Shown: positions 14,010-26,339 of the stretch, piece after piece
Layout: every line of letters starts with the position of its first letter
Position numbering within the stretch: the stretch's first letter is position 1
Assembly: GCF_009914755.1 (NCBI RefSeq)
Contig: NC_060926.1
DNA: 64,000 nt
Origin: the human T2T-CHM13v2.0 reference genome, Homo sapiens
Direction: 5' to 3' (one strand)
Program-made: the position numbers and the translations under genes
The notes under the pieces: model-generated
The model's input: the letters and a program-made list of their open reading frames with translations, nothing else
What the model was told of the DNA's origin: nothing
The model's database searches: none

Positions 14010-14155
14010 CATATATTTTTTATATATATATACACACACACACACAATGTATGGCTATCTAGGTATACAAAACTATATATGTATTATATATGTAAACACA
14101 TATAAATATACACTATATATTTATACATGTGTGTATGTCTGCATGTGTGCATATT
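14010..14155. repeat. (TA)n/(CA)n compound low-complexity tract
   Basis: tatatatatatacacacacacacaca followed by degenerate TA/TG repeats. Confidence 0.8.
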
Positions 14156-15529
14156 TTTTTCTCATTGTGAAATTCATGTATTCATTGTTGACTGGCTTTT
14201 CTGCCAATAATCTTGGATATGTAAATGTTTTCCAATCACTCTGATATGACATGTAATTAGCAATACACTTCAAAGCACTATAAATCTTAGTGCTTTTCAG
14301 TCAATAAAATTGTGTCAATTACTGGCTATGTTTGATTTTGAAATGTTTATTTTAACAACTTTTACGTTAAGTAACCAATTTTTTTGCATAATTATCTGAC
14401 TCTGATTTAAAACCCTGATTTTAAATGTGAAGCATGAAGGTTACTTCTGAAAGATATGATTGCTTTACTTACAGAGTCAAGATACTGAACGCATGGAAAT
14501 TCCATTAACTTTACTCTGTATGATGTATTCCTGAAGTTCTCAAAAGACCAGATCCAGCCTCACAATATCTTTAAAAAAAAAAAAAAAAGGTAGAGCAAAT
14601 AAGTTGTTCCCTTATCTGAGGCCACTTGTTATGTATTGATTATTTTCTTGTTTTGTTTATATGTATTGATAATGCAGAGATTAAAGATACCTTGTTTCTT
14701 GAGATCAGAACAGGAACAAAATGAAATCTTTGGAAAATATTTTCCCAGTTTGCAATTATCTTTAGAGCTATCTCGTTATTCAAGGTATTATAAAAATATT
14801 ATACTAAGTAAGTAACATTTTATTTCTGTTACCTTTTCCACCATACATAGGGGTACCAATTTAAATATGAAAAAATGTAACATTAAATATTTATGGGGAA
14901 GTCTGAATGAAGCTATGATCTTTTCTTTCAGTTTCATAACACTCATAATATTTTTAACAGTCAGTTCAGTATTCAGTAAGTCAGGCCATTAAAACTTTTG
15001 AGCGGTAAAATCCTTGGTTTTAAAACACTGTGAAAAGCAACTGGCTGGAAAAATAAGCTCGCTCTTAAAAGTTTACAAGACGTTGCTAATGGGAAAAATA
15101 TAATCCTTAAAATGTAAGCTGAAAACAAACTCATGGATGATCACTTCACAGCAGTCTAAGGGAATCTAGAGATCTTTGGGAAACCCACACAATTTTGCCT
15201 TTAATGAGATGAAGTATTTCTTGCTAGAAACACCATTCCAGTCAGGGTAAACAATAAATAACAAGTCTCCTGTATTCCATCACATCTGAACACCATATTT
15301 TACCAGTTTGGTCATAAAAACTAGATACTAGATCAATAATGAAACTTGTATGAATACCATTTCTAATATTTCTGAATAAATTGAAAAGACCAGATGGTCA
15401 TATTTGAGCTTTCTATATAACAATTTCCCACTGACAGCTCTACTATAATTTTTAAATATAGAGAAAAATAAATCAAACTGATTCTCTCATATATTTTCAG
15501 TAAATTAAGACTTTGCAAGTAATCTAATC

Positions 15530-15744
15530 CAGTGGTTCCTAAACAAGTACAATTTTCCCATTCCTTCCACCTGAAGATATATGGCAATGTCTACATTTTT
15601 GGTTGTCACAATTTGGGAGTGCTACCAGCTCTAGCGAGTAGAAGGTAGAGATGCTGCTAAACATCTGACAATGCAAAAGACAGCTCCCACAACCAAAAAT
15701 TACCTGGCCCAAAATGTCCTTAATGCCAGGGCAGATAAATTCTG
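15530..15744 (+). mobile_element. MER20 hAT-Charlie DNA transposon
   Basis: cagtggttc ... ggcaatgtctacatttttggttgtcacaa ... gatgctgctaaacatctgacaatgca ... ggcccaaaatgtc. Confidence 0.88.
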
Positions 15745-16876
15745 CCCTACGTACACAAAGAATATTGGGAATTTAAATATTTAATTTTACAAAAACTTTT
15801 CCCCAAAGAGATTAAGGTGCCTAGGGGAAAAGTTCATCAAAGAAATAGAACGTCCCGCATATATCACTGTGCAAACAAAGTGTAAATAAAAACTACTTTA
15901 TATCAAAACCAGGAAGAAAGTGAGAATGAAGTTCCATAGTGTATGGTCTAAGTCTGGGAAACAGTGGTGAGTTTTCACTTGCTAAGCAACTATCAAAGTG
16001 ACTTATTCTTTAAGCCAATGTTAAGGCTCAAACTTTAACTAACAACAAAATTATTCCTGCTTAATCTTAGGGAGTCCATGTATTGAATGCTTTTTTTTTC
16101 TCTGTTTAAACTAGAAAATGCCTTCAATTTGTGCTTTACTTAGTTTTCTGCCATTCACACTTTAGGGTGTTTAATGCAATATGATAGATTTATTTTTAAA
16201 TGCTTTTAGTTTGCTTTTCAATTTAATGATTTGTTACATTATTTACAGGCTAATTTAGTGAACCTACATAAGATTAATTACATTGTCTTTTAGGACACAT
16301 GACAAATCATTAAAAAGTGATAAAACCAGGCAACTGAGAAACAAGCAGCTTGTAACATATGAATGGGATTTCCAGTACCATTTATTAGTGCACATTTTGG
16401 TTATATTTGTTACAAGATCTAAAGTAATACTAGCTCAGAATTGAACATGGGATTGCACAATATTTGAAAGTAAAATACCTGGATAATTCAATAGATTAGA
16501 ACAGAGTAATAAATTTAGTTTTGTAAGTAGAAGAAAACTGTGACATACAATTCAAAATAACCAGAGTCTTCAGTGTACCATTTCTTTTAAGAAAGAATGG
16601 ACAAAGTTTTCTGTGAGAAATGTATTTATTTCTCAATTTAAAAATAAGTTTCTAACACGTGCATTTTTTTATCCATCTTGTGTTTTGGAATCTGGATAAG
16701 GTTCATGCTAATATGAAAGAAGGGTATGTGCAATAAAGTTGGATTCTACCATAAATTATGGGGGTGGTGTTCACCTTATATGATTAAATAATCTTGTCTT
16801 CTATATACATATAGGGAATGTTCTACAGGTAGGCTTCAGGCATGTTTTGGGTAGCATCAGGATTACTATAATGGAG

Positions 16877-16901
16877 TATATATATATATATATATATATA
16901 T
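16877..16901. repeat. (TA)n microsatellite
   Basis: About 12 TA units. Confidence 0.9.
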
Positions 16902-17020
16902 TAATCTGGACATTTAAAAGCAGCTACTGCTGCATGTCTCATTTTTTATTCCAATATATTTGAAGCCATGCATTTTACACCTATTTTCTAAACCTCTTTT
17001 AAGGCTCTAATGGGTGTGAA

Positions 17021-17131
17021 ATAAGGCCAGCCACCTTAGTATGCTTAATGCGGAAGTACTGCCCTAAATGCCAGACTTTCAGTACTAAAACTGGGATAGT
17101 ATTGGGCAGACAAGGATCACTGATCACTCTA
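17021..17131. mobile_element. MER81 hAT-Blackjack MITE
   Basis: gactttcagtactaaaactgggatagtattgggcagacaaggatcactgatcactcta matches recalled MER81. Confidence 0.7.
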
Positions 17132-17744
17132 GTTTGAGGTTTCTTAGTACAAAGTGTTGTGGAGGATTCCTGGAGTTGAGATAATTTAAAGTAGTATTGA
17201 AATAAAACCTGAGACCATCTACACATAACACAACTATAGAATGGGATTAGATCATTGCTCCAGGAGAGGGAGCAAAAAGAATCTATGAAAACTTGGATAA
17301 CAGAGAAATCACCAGCTCTCTAGGTAAGGGGAAAGTCATGCAGTTATTTGGACTAAAATTTAAAGGATGAGTAATAAGCTGACCATTGCAAATGCAGAAA
17401 AGGACTCTCACAAAAGGAGAAAAAATTACTCATTATTTATCTAACATTCAGATTTAACTGAATGCCTTTTATTTTATATGGCAACTTTAGAAGAAAATGG
17501 ACAAATAAAAAGAAATAGAAAGTAATTGTTTTTGGTTTAGAGGAAGTGAGTAGCTGGATTTGATTGGCACAATTGTTCTCAAAACTGACTACATGTTGGA
17601 ATCGCATGAAGAGCTTTCTAAAATTTATATGCATTCAGAGTCACATCCATGGATTCTAATTCTATTAGTATATGGCAGGGCCCAACTGGTGATGTTTATA
17701 AAGCTCCCATCCTCAAAATTATACCCAACTCTTTTTTTAAGACT

Positions 17745-18058
17745 TTATTATTTATTTGTTATTATGGTTGTTTGAGATAGGGTCTTGCTGTGTCACCTTG
17801 GCTGGTGTGCAGCGACATAATCATGGCTCACTGCAGACTTGACCTCCTAGGCTGAAATGATCTTCCCACCTCAGCCTCCCAAGTAGCTGGGACTGTAGAC
17901 ACAAACCACTATGCCTGGCTAATTTTTTTTTTTTAATTTTTGTAGAAATAGGATCTCACTATGCTGCCCAGGCTGATCTTGACCTCCTGGGCCCAAGTAA
18001 TCCTTCTCCCTTGACTCTCAAAGTGCTGGGATTATGGCGTGAGCAACTGCATCAAGCC
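17745..18058 (-). mobile_element. AluJ SINE
   Basis: Diverged reverse Alu with J diagnostics (gggtcttgct, atcatggctcactgcag, tcccacctcagcc). Confidence 0.93.
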
Positions 18059-18059
18059 C

Positions 18060-18220
18060 ATTTTTAATAATTATTTATATTTTAAATTTATAATTGACAC
18101 ATAATAATTATACATATTTATGGTATGTAGTCTGATGTTCCAATGCATGTATACTTTGTATAATGATCAAACCAGGGTAATTACCATATCCATCATTTTA
18201 AACATTTATAATTTCTTCAT
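18060..18220 (-). mobile_element. L1MA 3' end fragment
   Basis: ataattatacatatttatgg ... tgtataatgatcaaaccagggtaatt ... aacatttataatttc. Confidence 0.75.
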
Positions 18221-18224
18221 AGTA

Positions 18225-21086
18225 TAACTTTATTTTTTAGAGCAGTTTAGGTTCACAGCAAAATTGAGAGGAAGGTGCAGAGATTTCCTATATACCTCCA
18301 TATACCCCTTTTCCCAAGTCATGCATAGTAGCCTCCTTCATTATCAGTACTCCCCACCAGAGTGGTATATTTGTCAGTTGATGAACCTACACTGACACAT
18401 CATAATCACCCAAAGTCCATAGTTTATACCAGGGTTCACTATTACTGTTGTATATTCTATGGGTTTGGACAAATATACTGACATATATTCATTATTGTGG
18501 TATCAGAGCATTTTCACCGCCCTAAAATTTCTCTGTGCTTTGCCTGTCATCCCCCTCCCTACCTCAACCCCTGGCAACCACTGATACTGTCTCCATGATT
18601 TTGCCTTTTCTGGAATGTCATGCAATATTATATAGTCCATTCTCATGCTGCTAATAAAGACATACCCAAGATTGGGTAATTTAGAAAGAAAAAGAGTTTA
18701 ATGGACTCACAGTTCCACATGGCTGGGGAATCCTCACAATCATGGTAGAAGGCAAAGGAAGAGCAAATGCACATCTTACATGGTGGCAGGCAAGAGAGTA
18801 TGTGCAGGGGAACTCCCCTTTATAAAACCATCAGATTTGTGAGACTTATTCACTGTCACAAGAGCAGCACAGGAAAAACTTGCCCCCATAATTCAATTAC
18901 CTCCCACTGGGTCCCTCCCATGACTTGTGGAGATTATTACAATTCAAGATGAGATTTGGGTGGGGACACAGCCAAACCATATCAAGTTTGTAGCCTTTTC
19001 AGATTGGCTTCTTTTACTTAGTAATATGCATTTAAGGTTTCTTTATGTCACTTCATGGCTTAACAGCTATTTTTATTTTTAAGTGCAGAATAGCATTCCA
19101 TTGTTTAGATGTGCCACAGTTTATTTATTTATTCACCTCCTGAAGGGCATCTTGGTTGTTTTCATATTTTGACAATCATATCTAAAGCTACTATAAACAT
19201 CCATATGCAGGTTTAACATTTTCAACTCCCCTGGTATATATCAAGAAGCAAGATTGCTAAATCAGACAGTAAGAGTATGTTTATGTTTGTAAGGAACTGC
19301 CAGACTGTCTTCCAAAGTGGTTACAGCATTTTGCATTTCCACCAGCAATGAATAAGAGATCCTGTTGTTCTACATCTTCACCAGCATCTGGTGTTTTCAG
19401 AGTTCCAGATTTTGGCCATTCTAATAAATGTGTTAGTGGTATCTCATTGTTATTTTAGTTTGCATTTCCCTGATTACATATGATGTGAAGCAACTTTTCC
19501 TATGCTTGCTGGACAACTGTATATCTTCTTTGGTGAGGTGCCTGTTACAGTCTTTGGCCCATTTTTTAATCAGATTATTTTCTTATGTCAAACTTTGAAT
19601 TTTGTGTATAATTCAAATAACAGTCTTTTGTCAGATGTGTCTTTTGCAAGTATTTTCTCCCAGTATGTGGCTCCTTTTCACATTCTCCTGGCATTTTAAA
19701 AGAGCAGAAGTATTTAATTTTAGTGAGGTCAAGCTTATCTATTATTTCTTTCATGGATCTTGACTTTGGTGTTGCATCTAAAGTAATCACCATATCCAAG
19801 GTCATCTAGGTTTTCTCCTATGTTATCATCTAGTTTTATTGTTTTGCATTTTACATTTAGGTCTATGATTCATTGTGACTTCATTTGCATGATCATTGTA
19901 AGGTCTGTGTCTAGATTCATGGTTTTACAAGTGAATGTCTAGTTGTTCCAGCAGTATTTGCTTTAAAAACTATGTGTTCGATTGTACTATCTTTACTCCT
20001 TTGTCAAAATCAGTTTTGTGTTTGTGTGTATGGGTCTGTTTTGGGCTCTATATTTTGTTCCATTGATTTATTTGTCTACTTTTTCACCAATGCCACACTG
20101 TATTGATTAAGCTTTGGCTTAACTAGAATAAATCAGACTGAGCCAATCTCAAGGTATTCTCTTGCAACTCCATCACAAAGTGTCTCAATTCTGGCAACAT
20201 TTTTGGCCCAACATAATTTGGATTCTGTTTATGGTACCCTTTGTTATGTGTTTCCTCAAATAAGTTAGACTTAAAAGTGCATTGAAGAGTTAGTGTACGT
20301 GGGGTACAGCCCAGGTCACAGTGCTCTAGTCAACTTGAGTGCCACTTGCAGCCACAACAGGGCACAGGTTCTGAGACAGGATTAGATGTCGGGAACAAAA
20401 ATAACACTTTTGAAATGTTAAGTCAGTGTTAAGCAAAAGTGTTTTTTACCTATAGGTTAGATAGATTTCCTTTAAACATTTCAATACCCAAATCTAGACA
20501 ATTTATATAATTTCTTTTTAAATATTTAGTGGAATTCACCAGTGAACCTATATGGACCTAAAACTTTCTATTTTGATTCTTGAATTTTAGATTCCTGAAA
20601 TTTTGATTATTGGTTATAAATCTTTCTTCCCTAATTATTGATTCAATTTTATTAATAGATAAAAGTTTATCAATATTGTCTATTTCTTCTTGTGTGAGTT
20701 TTGGCAGCTTGTGTCTTTAAAAAGATTGATCCATTTCATCTAGGTTATCAAATTTGTGGTTATAGAGTTGTTTGTAGTATTCCTTGTTTGTCCTTTTAAA
20801 CTCTATGGGATCTGTAGCAATGCTCCCTCTTTCATTTCTGATATTAGTAATTTGTCCTCTCTCTATTTTTAGTGTGGCTTGAAACTTATCAATTTTATTG
20901 ATTTTTTTAAAGAATGAGTTTTTTTAGATTTCCTATTTTCAATTTTATTGATTTCTGCTTTAATTTGTATTATTTCTCTTTTTGTACTTACTTTAAATTT
21001 AACTTGCCCTTTTTTAAATCATTTCCTAAAGTAGAAATTTAGATTATTGATTTTAGATCTATTTTTTCTACTACATGCATTTATGC
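18225..21086 (-). mobile_element. L1MC1-like LINE (3' UTR plus ORF2 remnants), interrupted by a THE1 LTR and an unexplained 20110-20505 segment
   Basis: tttttagagcagtttaggttcacagcaaaattgag 3' end; ORF 19575-19805(-) KEIIDKLDLTKIKYFCS resembles the ORF2 C-terminal region. Confidence 0.85.
18628..18984 (-). mobile_element. THE1B/C MaLR solo LTR
   Basis: gctgctaataaagacatacccaag ... gagatttgggtggggacacagccaaaccatatca. Confidence 0.92.
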
Positions 21087-21104
21087 CTGGTTTTGACAAA
21101 GATT

Positions 21105-21213
21105 TGGGTGCAGCACACCAACATGGCACATGTATACATATGTAACAAACCTGCATGTTGTATATATGTACCCTAAAACTTAAAGTATAATAATAATTAA
21201 AAAAAAAAAAAAA
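21105..21213 (+). mobile_element. 5'-truncated primate L1PA 3' end with poly(A)
   Basis: tgggtgcagcacaccaacatggcacatgtatacatatgtaacaaacctgca ... aaaacttaaagtataataat plus A15. Confidence 0.95.
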
Positions 21214-21324
21214 CAACTCAAGATCAGTGGGGGAGATGAACCAAAATTAGAAACCAACCTTCTTTTCTACCTTCTGTGCTGTTCTTAATAAACATTGCCC
21301 TCATTGAAAAAATTAAAAAATAAG

Positions 21325-21675
21325 AAAAAATCATAGTGAAGGAAGGGTAAAGTTTTCTACACAAATGGCTGAAGCAATTGGACATTCTAGGCAAGAAAAA
21401 AGATCCTCAACCTAAACCTCACATCTTATTTAAATATAAATCCAAAATAGATAGAGGCTTAAGTATAAATAACACTACAAAAATTTTAGGAAAAATATAG
21501 GATAAAATCTTCAGAACCTAGAGTCAGGTAAACAGTTTTTAGACTTGACACGAAAAGCACAATCCATAAAAGAAGAAATTGATAAATTGGATCTCATCAA
21601 AATTTAAAACTGTTTCTCTTTGAAAGACTCTATGAAGATGATGAAAAGGCAGACTACAAACAGGAAGAAAGCTGT
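21325..21675 (+). mobile_element. old L1M ORF2 fragment (its start appears to lie at 21087-21102)
   Basis: aaaagcacaatccataaaagaagaaattgataaattggatctcatcaaaatttaaaac. Confidence 0.8.
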
Positions 21676-21832
21676 TAGCCATCTTGCTTAAATTTGCTAC
21701 TCTTCTCACCTTTTCACCTGCTGTGACTAAGTTTGCTTGATTGTCCTGTGATTTGGTCAGCACTCATGCCTCCCTTCTGTGGGCAATACCTTGTACTTGT
21801 GGAACTAGGCTCTCTATCCTTCTTTCACATGG

Positions 21833-22280
21833 TGTAACAGTCAGGGCACCAGGAGGAGAAATAAATTCAAATTGCATAATTTGAGAAGTGTTCAATAAAT
21901 TCTCTATGGACAAAAGTATAGCAAAAGTGTAGGGAAACCACAAGGGAAAATACAGCAATAGCACCAGGAGGTAAGCTCCCCTCTCCCCTTTATCCCAGAA
22001 GGGACAAAGAGAAGGAACTGTTACTAGAATACCGAATAAAGGAGGAATCTTCCACAGAATGATGCACCCAACCTAAAACAAGCGAGCAAGAAGAGAGATT
22101 GGAAATGCCTTGACTTCATTTTCCTTTCTTTCCCAGATTTCCTGCTTGTGTTCCCCACTGGTTAAACCTAACCAAAAGGCACAGAGCAAGGGAGCCCATT
22201 GACGTGGCCCATGGAAATCAGTAACCAGTGATCAATGAAGAGGCAGAAATGAGAATGGCTCAAATTATTATTACACCTAC
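21833..22280 (-). mobile_element. LTR33-like ERVL LTR
   Basis: gtgtagggaaaccacaaggga and ccactggttaaacctaaccaaaaggcacagagcaagggagcccattga match recalled LTR33 blocks. Confidence 0.7.
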
Positions 22281-22560
22281 CATTTTTTGATTTCCAAAGC
22301 CATAAGAATGATCTCTGTTGATTTAGAGATATTAGTACATAAGAGAAAAATGTTTCAGCTGGGCTTAAATGTTATGATAACCTACAACTGGCATGTGCCA
22401 TTACAGTGTGCAGAGCATTCTGTAAACCAGCCTTAATTTTTATTTCTCAGTTTACTCATTCCATAAAGCCAGGAATGTGGGTGGAGGTAAAGGAAGCAGA
22501 GGAATAAGAATAGGTACATTAGGAAATGATTTGCTTACTCATACAAGTTACAACCAGCTT

Positions 22561-22740
22561 TAGGATAGATGAGAATATAACCTATCACCTAAACCATAAC
22601 CCTTTTGATCGATGAGTATATAACCTATCATCTAAACCATAACGTTTTTGAATGCTGAAATGGTAAACTGGATGAAATGCTTAGACAATAAGCACAAACT
22701 AAGACTTTCCTAGACAAATTGAAATGTGTAGTCTTTCTAG
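22561..22740. mobile_element. MER94-like hAT-Blackjack MITE with an internal 43-bp tandem duplication
   Basis: atataacctatcatctaaaccataacgtttttga ... aaactaagactttcctagacaaattg; duplication at 22568-22651. Confidence 0.55.
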
Positions 22741-22999
22741 TCATGAATCATTTTCACTAGATGATCAACATACCTAACTTTATAGACTGTTGAATTATAA
22801 TAAGCAAAGGTCACAGGGTTATTTGTTGTCTTATGGCCAAGTTAAATCTTACTAAGCAGAAGCAAGAAACGTTTCTGAAGGTGAGGATAGTTATTTTACA
22901 AAGAAGGCATGGTTTTCTCCTAACTTTAGGACCTTGAAAATAATTGTTTCTGTTTCGTATCCAGGCTTGCTACAGATTCAGTGTAGCATTCCAATATAC

Positions 23000-25900
23000 T
23001 ACAAACACTTCATGGAATACTGGTTTTGATAGATCATTATGGCTAAATGGCAGAGCTACTTTAACTGCAGTCTAAGTTAGCCAGATAGCCTTCTTCTAGT
23101 CAGTGATCTATTCCAAGATGACAGCTTTAAAGCTGTCAAAATGTCTCCCACAAATCCACCAAACACTGTACTTCTTTTTTAGTGGTAAGATGTGTGAGTT
23201 TCAACTACTTTTTTTTTTCTTTGTAGCAGATATTCCAATATCACCAAGACCACTGGCTGCCAGAAATTTCACAAAAATATCATGCTTCTTAATTTTCATG
23301 GGTTATCTTTCCCACTCTGTAACACAAAAGTGACTCACTAAGACATCAAAGTCATACGCAATTTTCTGCTTCGCAGGTCTTATCAACATGATACCATATA
23401 GAGGGTTAGCATGATGCCCTTGATGTTAAGATTGTCAAAGTCTCCTTGAATTAAATCATGGTCCATATATATAGTATGTAAAACTTTGAGGCAAGATAAT
23501 GAAAGTGTACTGCTATCTCTACCAGGAGGAAGCAAATTCTTTCTTGCTCTTCTATGCATATTGGATTAGGAAAAAGAAAATATATTTGTCTCATCAGTAA
23601 CTAGATACTCAGTGCCAGAAGCTGTGTTGATTTGCTCTAACAATGAAATTGTATCTAAAACTTCAGTATACTTCTGGTTACATCTTGTTGAATGTACTCT
23701 AATCTCTAAGATTCATTTGTCTCCTATGTGGGACAAGCGGTCCAATTAAAGGAAGATATGATGGAGATTACGCCACTTTGTCTTTCAAGAATCAGTTGGT
23801 GGCACTAACTTGAGGATTCCCCTAGAAACATGATACTTTAATTTTCCTGGGAACATGATACTTTAATAACGACTCTAGGTCTTCAAGTTGACTATTCCAA
23901 TCATTATAGTCTTTACTTCTGAAACCAATGTCAGGATTCTGCCAGTTGCTGAAAATATTTTCATCATATAACACAAGAACTAGAGTAAGGATGGGTGGGT
24001 TTGATGACTCAAAGGATTATATGAGACAAACTTAAGCCTAGGGCTATTTATTATATTATGCTTATTTATTCCTACAGATCTCCACTGTGACTGCTGGACA
24101 GTAGTAACATTATGGATCTCAAGGATTAGCATCAGTTCAAAGGCAGTGCCTAATAATCTTTGAGTGGCAAGGGTGCTTTCCTGTCCTTAGTGCACAGTCA
24201 TAGTAGTAAGTGGCCCCAAAGTTATTAGAGTCATTCTCAGAGAAAACTGATCTCTATTTAACATGAAGGTTCTTACTTTATAAAACCAGTGAGATGTGGT
24301 TTGCTATTGTGAATTAAATCATGTGTGTGGTTACCAGTCACATTATTTAGAGTTCTTCTGTTATGACTCTAGTTGTGCCTTAAGTAGTTGACTCTTTAAT
24401 TCTTCATTAGAGACTTCGTAATCACAGCCATTAAAATGATGCATATGAGTCAGGCAATTCTGTTATGACTTTGCCCTTGTTACCTGTTGGGTAACTTATT
24501 TAGCTTCTATCACTCTCAGATCCAATCACTGTCATTGAAATCATGGACCTTCTATCAATAACCACAGTTCCCACTTTCATCTTTAATCTACAAAGATCAA
24601 GCACTTTTCAAGAATGTTAGTGTTTTACTCAGGATTTTCGTAAAAGGAATGTCCTCTAGGTAGGTCCCATAAGGGCACATAGTTAGGGTGTTGTAAGATG
24701 AACACACATGAAAAATTTACTCAAGGTTATTCACATAATTCTGTCCACAATATACCATGAAATCTGTGGCATCTCAGCTTTAATTATAGTCACCTTTAAG
24801 TATCAATTTCCACAAGAGCTAGCATACCGAATTCATAGCAGTAAACCAAGCCCAATCTGAAAGTACATTTGACCTTTGCTGGCAATTTCTTTTACATATT
24901 CACTTGTTTTGTTCTGATATAAATATACTCAGTTTTGTAATCTTTTGATGAATAAGCCTTCTGTTATGAAGTTGGACTTAGTATTGGGCCCTATGATATG
25001 CAGATAGCTGGCTGGAATTGTAGATCTATAGGTAATGGGGTGGTATGGGTGTAGCATACAAAGAATTAGTATCTTGCTATAAGGTATCACTCGAGTGAAA
25101 TCAGAACCAGGTATTTGTGCACAGCAGACTCACTTCATTAGACAGAGGAGAATAGAATAATTTTGTTGACACAGAAACACCAGGCAAGATTTAGCTTCAG
25201 CATATGTTTAGTTGCAATTCTCCCAACTGCTGTCACTCTAATTCTTGGGGTGCCTCTCTTCCAAGTACTGTCTTTACTTTTCATGTAGTGAATGAATTTG
25301 ATCTACATTAATTCAGTAACCTGTAGAAACAAATTTTGTGTCTGATTTTTTGCTGCCTCAATGCTGGAAATACAAAATACAAGAAGTTCTTTTAGAAAAG
25401 TCTCAGAAAATCTAGGTTTTCTAACATTCTATGACACCAATAATTTAAACTTAAAGTTATGAATACGACATTTTTGTTTTTAACTCTTGATGGTGCAGTT
25501 AGACATGGGCTACCAACCACACAGTTCTTACAGTCCTTCTCCCCATCATATTGTTTTTGCATCTGTCACTTGATCCTCTAAAACTATAATCTTAATAGGT
25601 AACTATACATGTAAATTTAACTATTGTTTGCCTCCAGGTAAAATAAACTATTAGTATCTCATCCTCTAATGCCTTCAAATCCAGCCACGTCAATTAATCA
25701 ATTTGAGATTCTGATCCTTGAAAATCTTGTATCTACAACCACTTGTGTCCCAAATATTGTAGAAAGCACAGTTTAGTTGCAGTTTTCATATAGCCCATAA
25801 TAGCTATTTTAATCAGAATAATTTTAAGATATAGCCAGTTAGGTATTTACCAAATCATTGTAAGGGATAGAAGAGCAAGCTATAAATTAGGCCTGCAGCT

Positions 25901-26230
25901 ATGACCCTCACAATGCCACTGCTGAACTGATTCTCAAGGAAAGCAGATACTTTTACCACAGTGCAGAAGCTGGGGAATTAAACGTTTTCGGAACTCTTGG
26001 CTTTAGAACACAGTATCTAAGCTGTGAGCTGCAGATCATAAAGTCACTAATGACACTGTTGTTTCCAGAGTCAACATTTGAGCCAAGCAAATAGATGTTT
26101 TCACTTTATTCAGTTACAAAATAAAATCTCATGAGAGTGCGTTGATTGGAAGGATCTAAATTACATCCATATTGTACCTGAAGGAGATATAAGATTTACC
26201 TTCCAAACATCTGTAGTAACGATGACAAAC
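23000..26230 (-). mobile_element. very old ERVL/MaLR (MLT-type) internal sequence plus an LTR-like segment at about 25760-26210
   Basis: General resemblance to degraded MLT/ERVL internal and MLT1-type LTR sequence; no intact ORF; boundaries uncertain. Confidence 0.35.
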
Positions 26231-26339
26231 CAAAAAGAAATGAGAACAGATCTAAACTCGATCTATTGTAGCTAACATAATGAAAGAATTGTTGATCATC
26301 CAAGATTCTATCAATAAATACACTAAAGGCTTTCCCATA

